Shown in pieces: positions 42,031-53,990 of a stretch of DNA of 64,000 bases. The stretch comes from Lama glama (lineage: Eukaryota): positions 93,622,001 through 93,686,000 of the forward strand of contig CM052816.1 of NCBI GenBank assembly GCA_028534125.1, written 5' to 3'. Position numbers and translations under genes: made by a program. Under the pieces are notes generated by a model. That model was not told where the DNA came from. It was given only the letters and a program-made list of their open reading frames with translations, and ran no database searches. Positions within the stretch are counted from its first letter, which is position 1. Every line of letters begins with the position of its first letter.

Positions 42031-42872
42031 CATTAGTCCTTCTTTATCTGAGAGGGTCACGTTCCAAGACCCCTAGTGTATGCCAAACCCTACATACACT
42101 ATGTTTTTCCTATGCATATGGACCTATGGTATAGTTTGACTTACAAACTTGGCACAGGAAGAGTTTTAACTATGACTAATAATAAAATAGAACAATTATA
42201 ATGATAATCGTAATTGTATTTAATACATGTAATAAAAGTTATGTGAATGCAGTTTCTCTCTCTCTCAAAGTGTCTTTATCATAAAATTTAGAGCTTTTTC
42301 CATTCTAACTCAGCACTTATCACACTCTGTGGCTGTAACTTTTGTAGTTTGAGGTACAAGAACAAAACTAGCACAAATTTCTTTTTCCTTCTTCACAGTT
42401 TCATGGATAGAAGATTTTTTCTTACCATAAAGTTTAGCAACTTCAGCACAGGATATTTTTTCCTTTCCTAATTAAGTCAAGAACATTCAGTATTCACCTT
42501 TTCACTTAAAGGGAGCACTTTACAGTTTCTCTTTGGTATATCCAAAGTGCCAGCATCACTACTCTTGTGCTTTGGGGCCATTATTAAGAACTTTAAATAA
42601 GAGTACTCAAACGCAAACATGTGATACCAGGACAGTGGACCTGATAACCTAAGTGAGGAACCAGCGGGATTCCCTGAACGAAGGGATGGTTCACATCCTG
42701 GGCAGGACGGAGCTGGATGGCTTGACTTTTCATCCCGCCACTCAGAATGGCACACAAGTTAAAACTTACCAATTGTTTATTTCTGAATTTTTTCATTTAA
42801 TATTATTGGACCTCAGTTGACCGCAGGAAATAAATTTCAGAAAGTGAAACAAGATGAGAGGGAAGTAGTTTG
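42031..42872 (-). mobile_element. Tigger2 internal-deletion derivative with transposase N-terminal remnant
   Basis: Minus strand from ATG 42581 reads MAPKHKSSDAGTLDIPKRNCKVLPLSEKV, then across frameshifts VLDLIRK..AEVAKLYGKKKSSIHETVKKEKEICASF..KVTAT..DKC*VRMEKALN. This fits a pogo/CENP-B-type HTH region. Confidence 0.92.
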
Positions 42873-44580
42873 TTGCAGAGAGTGAAATGCTACATATCCT
42901 GATGCACTTGTGAAAACGTGGGTCTAGTTCAGATGTCATCATTTCTACAGAGTGAGGAGCACTGGCTGCAGCAGCAGCTGCTGTCCATGAGCAGTCTTCT
43001 GGAAGTGAGAGAATAATCTTCAAAAACTCTTAAAATTACTCTGGGTCCCAAACTCCAAATCAATGCCACAAATTTTCATTATCAGCTGCTAAGCCAAGAA
43101 AGCTATCCTTGAAAGCAGGTAATATAGATAAAATTATTTTATATACACCATAAAATCATACAATTTTTGGAGAAATTTCCCAGCGAATTTATATGAGTAA
43201 ATTGATTTACATTCCATAGCAGATCCTAGATAGTTCGATTATGTTTTCATTGCATTATTTTATATTTAATTGCTTCTTGTCTGATTATTTCTATTGGTTT
43301 GGAACTAAAGGCAGGCCTGGAACAGCATTTGGTACCTGTGTAACAGATGTTGGCTAAATTTAATCAAATTTATTTTTTAATGTATTTCTGAGTTTTTCAT
43401 CATGTTCAATTTCAAAGGCTTTTGTGTAGAATTACTCTAAGAGAGATAGTTTTTAGGCCACTAGTGTTTTCATGAGAAACATATACTTATTGGAACATCA
43501 AAACTGATTTATAGATTAGGGGGTGCTTCAGATCCTTTCTGCCCTTAGGATTTGTGTTTATGAAATTCATTTAGAAAGTTGTGTGAAGTGCATACTTCCT
43601 GGTCTCAAAGTTACTGCAACATGGGCACAAAAATGTCAGTCTGTAAACATATTATTTTGAGGAAGAAGCAATAAAAGGAACAGACATTCAAAAACATTTT
43701 ATAATGCTTTAATGATGTCAGAATATTTTTCATAGATGTAGGTTCATTTGCCTTTGAAATGCAAGAATGCTGATCCAGAAATGTATCAATAAATGGTAAA
43801 TTTTAGTGTTTGTTTCTGATCACTAGTAATTTTCATTTACACTAATGTGCTATTTTATTATCCTTGAAAAGTACAAGTTACAATTTTCTTAGCTATTGTC
43901 TTGCAGAGAATACATCCAGTTAAAAGGAGCATCTGTTATTTCTGTACAGACCACTTACAATGAAATTTGGAAACAACAAAACAAAATTGGCCTTTTTTTC
44001 CTTAAAGCACCAAGTGGTTTGTGTTTCCAAGTGGTGCAAATACAGAAAACATCTTCACTCAACCCCTGCCCCTTAGCCTCTAGTATGTTTTAGTGAAGGT
44101 ATATTTCAACCCATAATAGCAATAAAGAAGTATATATTTTTAGAATATAATTATATGGGTTATTAGAACAATGAGGATTGCACCCATTTTACCACAAAAT
44201 GTATTGTTTGCAGAACTTGAAAAAGTTAATTGATATCTTTAAGGATACATCTGAAATTCATGAAAAGACAAGCCACCACTTCTCCTGAGTTCCTGTCTCA
44301 TGTTTCTTCCCTATACTTTCCAAACCGTTCAACTCTGCACCTTGTTGCAGTTCTAACAGCAATATCGACAGTGAACTTCGTAATTGCTAAAACACAGTCA
44401 ATATTTTTTTATTCTTATATTCCATGTCACTTAAGGTGGCTTTCACGCTGTTAGCCCACCATTCTCTTGTTCCCGAGAAGCTCAGTTCTCTTGAGTACTT
44501 TGGCCCTCCCCTCCATGGTCACCTTGCCTTTAGGTGGCCCTATTTCTACTTCCTTCCCAGTCTCCTTTTTCACTGCCAAT

Positions 44581-44938
44581 ATTTTTCCAGCTGTATTGAG
44601 ATAAAATTTACATATAACATTATGTAATGTTATAAGGTGTATAGTGTGATGGTACCTGCACATATTATGGAATGGTTATGTGAATAAGGTTCATTAACAC
44701 ATTCATCACCTCACATAACTACCTCCTTTTTGGGTGGTAAAAACACTGTCTTAGCAACTTTCTAGTATACGATGCAATATTGTTAACTATTAGTCTCCAT
44801 GGCATACAGCAGATCGCCAGAACTCATTCATTTTATAACTGGTGTTTGCACCTTTGACCAACATCTCCTCATTCCTTCCTCCCCTAACTTCTGGAAACTA
44901 CCACTCTGCCTTCTGTTTCTATGAGTTTGGCTTTTTTA
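44581..44938 (-). mobile_element. L1MA8/9-type 3' end
   Basis: ctgtattgagataaaatttacatataac...attaacacattcatcacctcacata...cttagcaacttt...ctgtttctatgagtttggctttttta. Confidence 0.88.
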
Positions 44939-45046
44939 ATGTTGATTTTCCCCATAAGATTTAGTTCTCAGACCAGTTTATTGCCATTTTAGAAGTTATT
45001 CCTGGTTGATAACACCTATTCCAATATTTAAGTTACCATCTCATAA

Positions 45047-45314
45047 GGAGCAGTATGTAATGCTGTGTTTCAAAGCCTAGGTCCTGCTGCAAATTGCTTG
45101 GCTTTTTTTTTTTTTTAAACAAACCTCAGCACCACTATTGACAAAATTTGTGACCTTGGGCAAGGCATTTAACCCTTTGTGTCTCAGTTTTATGTTCTGA
45201 CATACGAAAACCAGGTATTATTATTCCACCTCATTCAGTTGTCACAGAGATTAAAGTATCACCTAGAGCAGTGTTTGTTATCCAGCAATTGTTCCATGTG
45301 GGTATTAATATTAT
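45047..45314 (+). mobile_element. near full-length MIR SINE
   Basis: tgtgaccttgggcaaggcatttaaccctttgtgtctcagtttt core. Confidence 0.85.
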
Positions 45315-45532
45315 ATCTATTCTGATAACTCCCATATCTCCATATTTATCTCAGATAATATAGCTACTCATTAACATTCTTTCTGTGATATTACACAAGA
45401 ATATCAAGTTCATCATGTCCACGTTTAACTCATCAGCGTCATTTAAATTGTTTTCTTTTTCCATCTTATCCCTACAGCTGAAAATACACATCCTCCCAAA
45501 TGCCTGAGAAAAATAATAGGGCAGATTTTTAA

Positions 45533-45575
45533 TCCCTTCCTTCTTTCCTTCCTTCCTTCCTTCCTTCCTTTCTTC

Positions 45576-45638
<63 letters not shown>

Positions 45639-45735
45639 TCATCTTTCTTTCTTTTTCTTTCTTTCTTTTCTTTCTTTCTTTCTCTTTCTTTTCTTTTCTT
45701 TCTTTTTTCTTCCTTTCTTTCTTATTCCCTTCCAT
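45533..45735. repeat. (TTCC)n/(TTTC)n polypyrimidine microsatellite
   Basis: Direct inspection; explains ORF 45529. Confidence 0.97.
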
Positions 45736-46261
45736 CCTTTTTTAAACTTCATTTCTATTTACCAATAATTAAAATCATTCAATACAAAGGCTCTTACTAT
45801 TTTTAAATTTCTCTATCTTTTAAATCATCCGCACAGCTACTGCCTTCACTTAAACTATAATTAAAACTCAAATTAATTATGTGGATGCTCTTCTAACTTT
45901 CCTAATTGACTCCATTCTTTTCTTGTTTACATCTAGCATCCAAAACGGAATGATTTTTCTCAACTGTAGAAGCATGCACATCACATTTATTTAAAGTTCA
46001 CACTAGCTAATACTCTAATGATAAAGAACAGACTTCTTCATATGGTAAAGACACTGAAGTGCAGAGCAGTTCCTGTTGTGGTTTATTTTATTTTCCCTAG
46101 TTTTCATCGCATGCATTCATTGATTCAAGGCATCACTTTGTTATTGTTTTGTAGTATTTTGCTAATTTTTCTTGTTATTGCATTGTCTAGAAATTCTACA
46201 TGTTATACAATGATTACAATGGCCTGGGGTAGTATTTCCAATCTACTTTGTTACTTATATC

Positions 46262-47640
46262 AAAAAATAATCAACAGGATGACATGATAAGCCACAGACT
46301 TGGATAAAATATTTGCAAAAGACACAACTGATAAGGGACTGTTATCCAAAATATGAAAAAAACTCTTGAAACTCAATACTAAGAAAAATAACTGAATTGA
46401 AAAATGAGCCAAAGACCTTATCTGACTCCTCACCAAAGAAAACTCACAGATGGCAAATAAACACAAGAAAATATGCTCCATATCAAGTGTCATCAGGGAA
46501 ACGCAAATTCAAAAAACAAAGAGATACAACTGCACGCCTCTTAGAATGGCCATGGAACACTGACAATACGAAATACTGGTGAGTTTGTGGAGCAACAGGT
46601 GGGAATTGCTGGTGGGAATGTAAAAGAGTACAGCCACTTTAGAAGACAGTTTGGCAGTTTCTTACAAAACTAAACATACTCCTACCATAGGATTCAGCAG
46701 TTTGGTACTTGCCTAAGGGAGTTGAAAACTCATGTCCACATATGTTCACATTGATATTTTTAGCAGCGTTATTCATAATTACCAAAACTTGGAAGCAATG
46801 AAGATGCCTTTCAGTAGGCAAGTGGATAAATAATACGTGGTACATTCAGACAACATCTTATTCAGTGCTAAAAAGACATGAGCAATCAAACCATGAAAGA
46901 TATTAAGGGCATCTAAATCCATATTACTAAATAAAGAAGCCAATCTGAAAAGGCTACAAACTAGATGATTTCAACTACATGACATTCTTGAAAAGGCAAA
47001 ACTATGGGGAGGGTTGCCAAGGATTGGATGGGGTGGGGAGGGATGAGTGTGGGGCGCACACAGGATCTTTAGGGCAGTGAAATTACTCTGTATGGTACTG
47101 TAATAGTCAATACCTGTCGTTTTAAAAGGAAAAAAGAGGACACTCATCCTCTACAAAAATGAACTCATCTACAAAAAAAACAGACTTGCAGACATAGTAA
47201 AAAAATGTTATGGGTACTGGGGTAAAAGGGGTGGGAAGGGATAAATTTGAGAGTTTGAGATTTACAAATGTTAGCCACTATATATAAAAAAAGATAAAAA
47301 CAAATTTCTTCTGTATAACACAGGGAACTGTATTGAATATCTTGTAATAGTAATAACCTTTAATTTAAAAAAATATGAAAACACATATATGTATATATGT
47401 GCACGACTGGGACATTGTGCTGTAAACCAGAAATTGACACATTGTAACTGACTATACTTCAACTCAAAAAATAATTGTTATTTTACATTTGTCTAAACCC
47501 ATAAAATGTGCAACACTAAAAGTCAACTATAGATTTGGGGTGATAATTATATCTCAATGTAGGTTTATCAATTTTAATCAATGTAACACTCTGTTGAGGG
47601 ACGTTGATAATGAGGGAAGCTATGTGTGAATAGGGGCAGC
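46262..47640 (+). mobile_element. L1MC1/2-type ORF2 end plus 3' UTR, interrupted by a young L1
   Basis: aagccacagacttgg..aaatatttgcaaaagacac..ctgataagggactgttatccaaaata; gaagacagtttggcagtttcttacaaaactaaacatact; resumes with tacatttgtctaaacccata. Confidence 0.92.
47125..47470 (+). mobile_element. artiodactyl/camelid-type L1 3' end nested in L1MC
   Basis: Same family as 33742; ends ccagaaattgacacattgtaactgactatacttcaactcaaaaa. Confidence 0.92.
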
Positions 47641-49847
47641 TAGTGGCATTAGAGGGAATAAAGTGCCCTCCAAGTGCTCTAGAATCCTATCTTTTTTCCC
47701 ATCCATCCCCCTCAGGGATTCTATATTAATTTCCTTTAAACATGTCTAGGTTATGTTGTCAGAGTAAAACAAAAGAACCAGATGACTATTCTTTGATTAA
47801 TATGATCCTCCCTGTACTATATTTGGCTAAAATGTTGAAGTTTCTGGTATGTCAAAAGCATCTTTTGATAATTTGATGGGAAATCAGGAGGAGAGTTTTT
47901 AGAGATAACATTTTATATTACCATCTTGCTATAATTCCTAGTTTTGGACAACAGCAGTCAGGACACCATAGAGAAGGCAGAAGTGACAGGTAAAGAGTAG
48001 AGGAAGTGCTGAGAATCTGAACTAAGTAACATCCAGCAAAGGAAACTGATGGAGCTATAATAGGTACTGAGGACGTACATATACTATACTTTACCATCTG
48101 TAAAAAGGCCATGACAATCAATGGGGTTTACACTGAACAGTCACAATAACCACTAATAATATTTTTTAATGTACTAAAACTCAGAATTAATCAACTGAAT
48201 TAAAATATTTTAAATTATTTTAAAATAATTTAACCTATCATTTTACAGACATTTTATATGAGCTCAGCAATACCTAGTATTGGAAAGGTTTTGGGGAAAT
48301 GAGAATTTCATCTATTCTTGGCAAATGAACACATGAACAAAGTTTTTTTTTCTGAGAAAATATGGAGACTTGTATTACAATTATAAATTAATGAACATTT
48401 TCAGTCAGAAATTCCAATTCTAGAAATCTCTCTTTCAAAATACTTACATATGCATAAAATTATATGATCATGGATGGGGAGTATTACTGGAAATCACTTA
48501 ATGTTCATTTCTCAGTAATATGAATTATAATAGATGCATGTTAGCAAAGAACAAGTGGCCATTCATGAATGATGAAAAGTAGGTTGAAATATACTGGCGC
48601 TAATCAAACTCTGAAGTTCTGGAAGCTTACGAGAGAAGGCTGCAAGAAAGAACCCCCCAAGAGGAGGCTTGCTTTATGTATGTGTTTCTTGGCTCAGAAG
48701 CAACAGATGCTGCATGCACATTACGATTATTGCTGTATTTCATTCTCCCTTGTTGTCAAAGAAGAGATATGTGACTGGTTCACATTTGTCAGCAAGTAGA
48801 GATGCTTGTAAGGGTGAATAAAGTTCAATGCCATTTCAAGATGAGACACAACTAATCCATCTTCACATCATAAATTCCAGTCGCTTGCTACTACAACTGA
48901 ACTTTCCATTCTTGAATTAAAGATGAATGAATTAGGGTCTTTGTGTGACACCTTCCAAAATTATATATACACTGAACTGGAAATTCAATGCATTTATCAA
49001 AGAGCTGAAAGTAGAGATGATTGGTAAGACTTCTAGAAAGTAATTCTGTATGTGCCTAGAATTAAGATTGAACCGAGAATATTTGGTATATTAACTAGTG
49101 ATATGAAATTAAAGTCCAAATCAAGCAAGATTGCGACTTGCATATTTCAGTATATTGACTGGACTACTTCCATCACAATCATTCTTCACTTGTGTGTATT
49201 TGTGTGTGAGTGCCTGTGAAATGTTAAAATTACTTATAACATTTTCCTTCTTTAATTCTGTTACTAATTTAGATATGAATTTGAGTATCTAAACGGTGGT
49301 TTAGATAATAGCTTGACAACGGTGAGTTTTGGTTTAAAGTGTAGCCTACTGTATGAGACACCAAGTCTTAGTGTAGAACTATCTCAAATCCTCTAGACAG
49401 AGTCAATACCATAAGCTCATTTACCCATAGTCAGTGATACAAAGTAATTTATTATGAAGCTCTACTACTTAATTACGTGGAAACCATCTATATTTTACTA
49501 TTACTACTAGGTACCATTTGGGCGACTAGACCGTATCAAATATTTCACGTTTCAATCAGCATCGTGAACTGTAATTTGTGAGAGAGGAAACAGATTCTGG
49601 CTATGACTCTCAAGGCTAACACTTAAGCGCCATTTCATCAGACAGCCCTATTTACATTTTCACCAACACACTGACAAGACGAAAAATGTCACTGGGGATA
49701 AGCCAATGGAATTCATCAGACCACTATTAACTCTTCACTTAATAAGATGTTAATATTTACCTGAAAGAGAGATTACACTTGATTATTTAATAATCTTGTT
49801 AACATGGTGTTTCCAAGGGAAGACATGCTTATTCACACAATGAATGA

Positions 49848-49980
49848 ATTCATTCAGTCATACATTCAATCCATCTTAATTGAGGATCTACCGTTTGCTA
49901 AGCTGTATAGTACTTGCTGGTATAATATTGAGCATATTAAAGATGTTCATGAGGCTTATAGTCAAAGGAGGAGACAAAAG
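49848..49980 (-). mobile_element. LINE-2 3' end
   Basis: ttcattcagtcatacattcaa...attgaggatctacc...catgaggcttatagtc. Confidence 0.6.
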
Positions 49981-50299
49981 AAATATATACTATGAAAGCA
50001 TTTTTGTTGCACTATGTCATGTGCCCTTGGCCCAGCTCTCTTCAGGGCAGCTCTATTGGGAAATTCTGTTTACTTTGCTAGTTTCCAACATTAAGAATAG
50101 GCAGCCTTGTTTTACTGAGCTAGGGCTATCTCCAAAGCCATAGACAGCTGGGCAGGCATATACATAAACAGGTCAGAAATACAGGGGATTTTATGCTCCC
50201 AGTGGCACCTCTGAATCAGTGGGGTACATTGAAGTACTTGATATAGACGAGCAGAGAGCCACAAATACACAATGCAAGTGAAAAAACTAAAATAGTTGG

Positions 50300-51454
50300 A
50301 GGTTTTGCAATCAGATCTTAAGAACTTTATAGAGCTAGAGCCATTAGAGCAGTCTTGTATTATGTAAGACAAGCATCCAATGCAATGGAATAGAGGATCC
50401 AGAAACAAATCAGCAGACAAAAAGTCAATTCCTGTTAGATTTCAAATCTAACTTCAAAAAAAAATGATAAAGTTTTGATAAGAAAACACATAAAATCTTT
50501 TATCTTAGAGTAGGCAGATATTTCTTAAAGAGGGCACAAAGAGCACTAGCAGCAAGAGAAAAATGATAACTCTAACTGATAAACTAAAATTAAGAAAACC
50601 TGTGTCAATGTACAGCATTATGAGGTTAAAAAGGCCATGCTTAGAGGAAGATAGGTTACTGATAATACAAGTATCTGACAAAAACAACACCTTAGCCCCA
50701 GACTATATAATGTTAGTAAGAAGAAATAAAAATCCAAAACAGTAGAAAATAAGGCAAACAGACTTGAGTAAAGACTGTAAAAAGGCATTCAAACCATGAA
50801 AGTCGCTAAGTTTTATAAATCAAGAATGCAAATTAAAACCTCAGTATGACATCATTATGCTCCCATTTCAATGGCTAAAATTAAAAACTGTGAAAAATAC
50901 GAGTGTTAGAAGAAATGGGGCATCCTTGGCCCTCTCATGTAGTGTTACTGAGAAGGTAACCTGAGCCAAACAATTTGGAAAATATTAGTTTCTACTACAT
51001 GTGACCTTATGAATACCAGAGAACTTGGCAATTCTATTCCTCAGAAAATATCTAACAGATACACGTTTATAAAATGTCATGTGTGTTTATGGAATAGCAG
51101 CCCTACTCTTATTAGTCAAAATCTAGAAATTACCCATATGATCCTCAAGAAGAGAATGAATAAAGTGGTAACGATGTATTTAGAGAATGCATTGCTATTA
51201 TATACAAGTAGTTTAATTAGATACAATTAATAGATACATTATCTACAGTTATACACAACCGCATGGATAACTCTCACAAATATAACATTGAAACAAACAC
51301 AAAACTGGACAAAAGTAATCTCTGTTGTTAGACATCCCTTTAGCTGTTGTCCTTGGGGGATGTGCCTGGAAAAGAGCACAGGTGGAGCTTCTGGGGTCCT
51401 GGTAACATACTGTGTCTGGATGTGGATGCTCATTACATAGGTGTGCTCACTACA

Positions 51455-51455
<1 letters not shown>
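50300..51455 (+). mobile_element. L1ME ORF2 end plus 3' UTR
   Basis: caatggaatagaggatccagaaacaaa; aatgcaaattaaaacctcag; atggataactctcacaaatataacattga; ggagcttctggggtcctggtaacatactgtgtctgga. Confidence 0.8.

Positions 51456-51492
<37 letters not shown>
51456..51492. repeat. (TG)18 microsatellite
   Basis: Direct inspection. Confidence 0.98.
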
Positions 51493-51494
<2 letters not shown>

Positions 51495-52506
51495 CCAGGT
51501 CAACAACACAGCACCAACTGAATCAGTATATCAGATCATCAGATTTGGGCTCCTTGCATCTAAATTATTTATAAATTCTCCAAGAATTCTGAGGCAGGGA
51601 AAAGGTGACAATCACTTTTCTATTCTAAGGTGGAGATAAACGAGAAAAGCACACTGTATATTTGTATGTAGAGTAGGCTGCTATTTGGGAATGCTGCCCA
51701 TATGCTTGATACCTACGATTACATTTAGCACCTACTTAACACAGAAAGGCATACATTATATCTTCCATTGATGAGAAAACTGTATAACATACTCGTCTCA
51801 AGGTTCACTAGCTAGTAATTGGCAATGTTAGAATTGAAATCCAATGCCATCTTAGCTAAATTTTGTTTTCTTTTCAAATCATCACTGCCTGCTAGCTTTA
51901 TACCTAAAACCACAAGCAAACAAAGAAGTAAAGCATAAAATTCGGAATTAAAAAAATTTGTTTCTTCTGTTTCTCTTCAGGCACCAGGTATGAAAAAATA
52001 TCGGTCAATGTCAAAGCAGTTTCCTTTTTGATGTAAAAGTTAAGGAGTATGCTTTCAGAGCAATAAAACATTGTTTTCATCCTTATCTAATCTGCCTTTA
52101 TTCATTTGTAGTGCCTTTGGGTCCTCTTCTAATTTTTATAACAAATATGAAAGGAAACAAATATGGTAAGTTTCAACAAAATACTGAATAGCAGAGAGAA
52201 GCTGGCCAAGTTCAGAAGTAACACGTTATGCACACTTCTCATTTGTAAAACTGCTCTTTCAATTCAAAGTGCTAAACTGTATTAGGGTTTTTTTCCTTTA
52301 CAAATAGACATAGTTCATTAGATCATGTGGGTTATTTTCCTGATATAATTTTTTCCTTATGTATTCTTCCTTATGAAATATATCATTTTTCTGAGCATTC
52401 AATCTTCATGTGTGAAGTGAGATTTTAGGAAGGTCAAGACTTATAAGGAGTGAAGAACTGGAAGTTATGTATAGTATTTACTGTTTGACATTTCTGTATC
52501 TCCACA

Positions 52507-52532
52507 ACACACACACACACACACACACACAC
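52507..52532. repeat. (AC)13 microsatellite
   Basis: Direct inspection. Confidence 0.98.
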
Positions 52533-53543
52533 TGAAACATGGAAAGTAAGGGTTATAAAGTAGGTCCCCATGGTTTAATTTTTATTGTATATGCCTCCCA
52601 ATTATTCTAGATTATCATTTATCAGCATGAATTGTTAGATACAAACTATTCTAGGAGGGGAAAGGAGTATTTGGTTAATTAAAACTGTTTCTATGAATGA
52701 CACATGAAAGCACAGCACCCAAATTCTGGGATCATAATATAGTCATAATTGTTTTTAAGAAACGTTATTTCAATCTTACATAGAATTAAAATCCCAGAAA
52801 TATTTTCCTTCCTCACCAGCAGTAGGCATGAAATACATCTATATGAATACCGAAAAGCAATGCTTGCAAATGAATAAAAACTAAATTTTGAATGTTTTCC
52901 CCATTTTTCTCTTTGTTCTTTCTTGTTTTTTTACTAAAATAGCCATGTCCTCTATTTGACAAAATAATTATCCCATTATGTTCTTCCAGTGACTGATTAA
53001 AAACAAATATAAAGTCCAAGAACATTAAGATACAACAGAGAACCTTTTCCTTCAGGCTTAGTTAAAAACATCTCAAATGTATTTTTCTGTTAGTCAAAAT
53101 GGCAGTGTCTTCGTAAGTTATTTGAGCTGATTCACAACATAGGTGGGTCGGTCCAAAGTATTAGAAATTAAAATTCTTATCCACACATTTATTTTATTCA
53201 CACAACTAACTAGAATTATTTGAATCTGTCTCATCTTCACCAACTCTTTCACATCCTCAAGTGGTACACAGATGGTCTAGAATTTGTAATTTTATTCCCA
53301 GGAAAATTACGAGCAAGTCTTTCCTTGGAAAGTAGTGTGATGACAAATATATACACTGCACTCACACAAAAAAGATGCCACTTTAAATGTCCATTTAATT
53401 ATCTGTACTCCATCCCAAGTACCAATTCCCCAAACTGGTGCAAAAAAAAAATATCTACTTCAGTAAGCTGAATTGGTTCCACTAACTGACTCAGTCTCTT
53501 TCAGATGGCTTGGCTCGTCAGATTTCCTTTTGCCGTCTGTCTC

Positions 53544-53990
53544 TTACCAAGGGAACAGTTGGCATCGCTGGCCTTGGACATGCTTTTCACTTCTGGTCTT
53601 GCTGCCCTGGGTATCAGTTCTCCCAAACTCAGCCACAGTGACCTCTTCGGTGAGCCCCCCTTTCATGGTGACGGGGGAAGGCAGCTCCTGGATGTCTTCC
53701 TCTCTATATGGAACCCAAGGAAGATTCTTGGAAGCACAAATCACGTACTTCTTCTGCCAGGTTAGTCCAGGCTCCTGGCCAACTTGACTTCCTATAGCTG
53801 TTTTGGGAAGTTCGAAATAGAAAATGTACACATGCGAGTGGGCAATGGGGTAAAGGGAATAGGGGACCCTCAGGCTCTCACCACCTCCATTGTTTGCTTT
53901 TCTTTCATCTTTTTTTTCACCATCGAGGACCACAGCTTGGAGAGCTTTGTTTGCATGTCTGCTTTTTTGGCCACTGTGGTTCTCTCCCTG
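53544..53990 (-). other. candidate coding exon or decayed gene of unknown identity
   Basis: 148 stop-free codons, raised GC and CpG, Kozak-like gtcaccATGA at 53666. The frame ends at donor TTG|gtaaga (53548). No repeat recognised. Confidence 0.3.

Larger units (their letters stand above)
44270..46250 (+). mobile_element. LINE-2 RT-to-3' remnant split by later insertions
   Basis: Decayed motifs in order: AFxxxxHSLxxEKLSSL (~44440), PQGSVLGP-like (~44950), YHL (~45033), YADDSQI-like tattctgataactcccatatc (~45318). Confidence 0.7.

Noticed and set aside
47030..47054. G-quadruplex-like G runs
   Set aside because: Ordinary G-rich segment of an L1 3' UTR.
51961..51993. Possible 7-nt microexon (ttcttctgtttctcttcag|GCACCAG|gtatga) and other isolated acceptors (~9142, 17761, 20296, 28577, 39838)
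   Set aside because: Splice-like motifs are common in AT-rich DNA, and I could not link them into a coherent reading frame.
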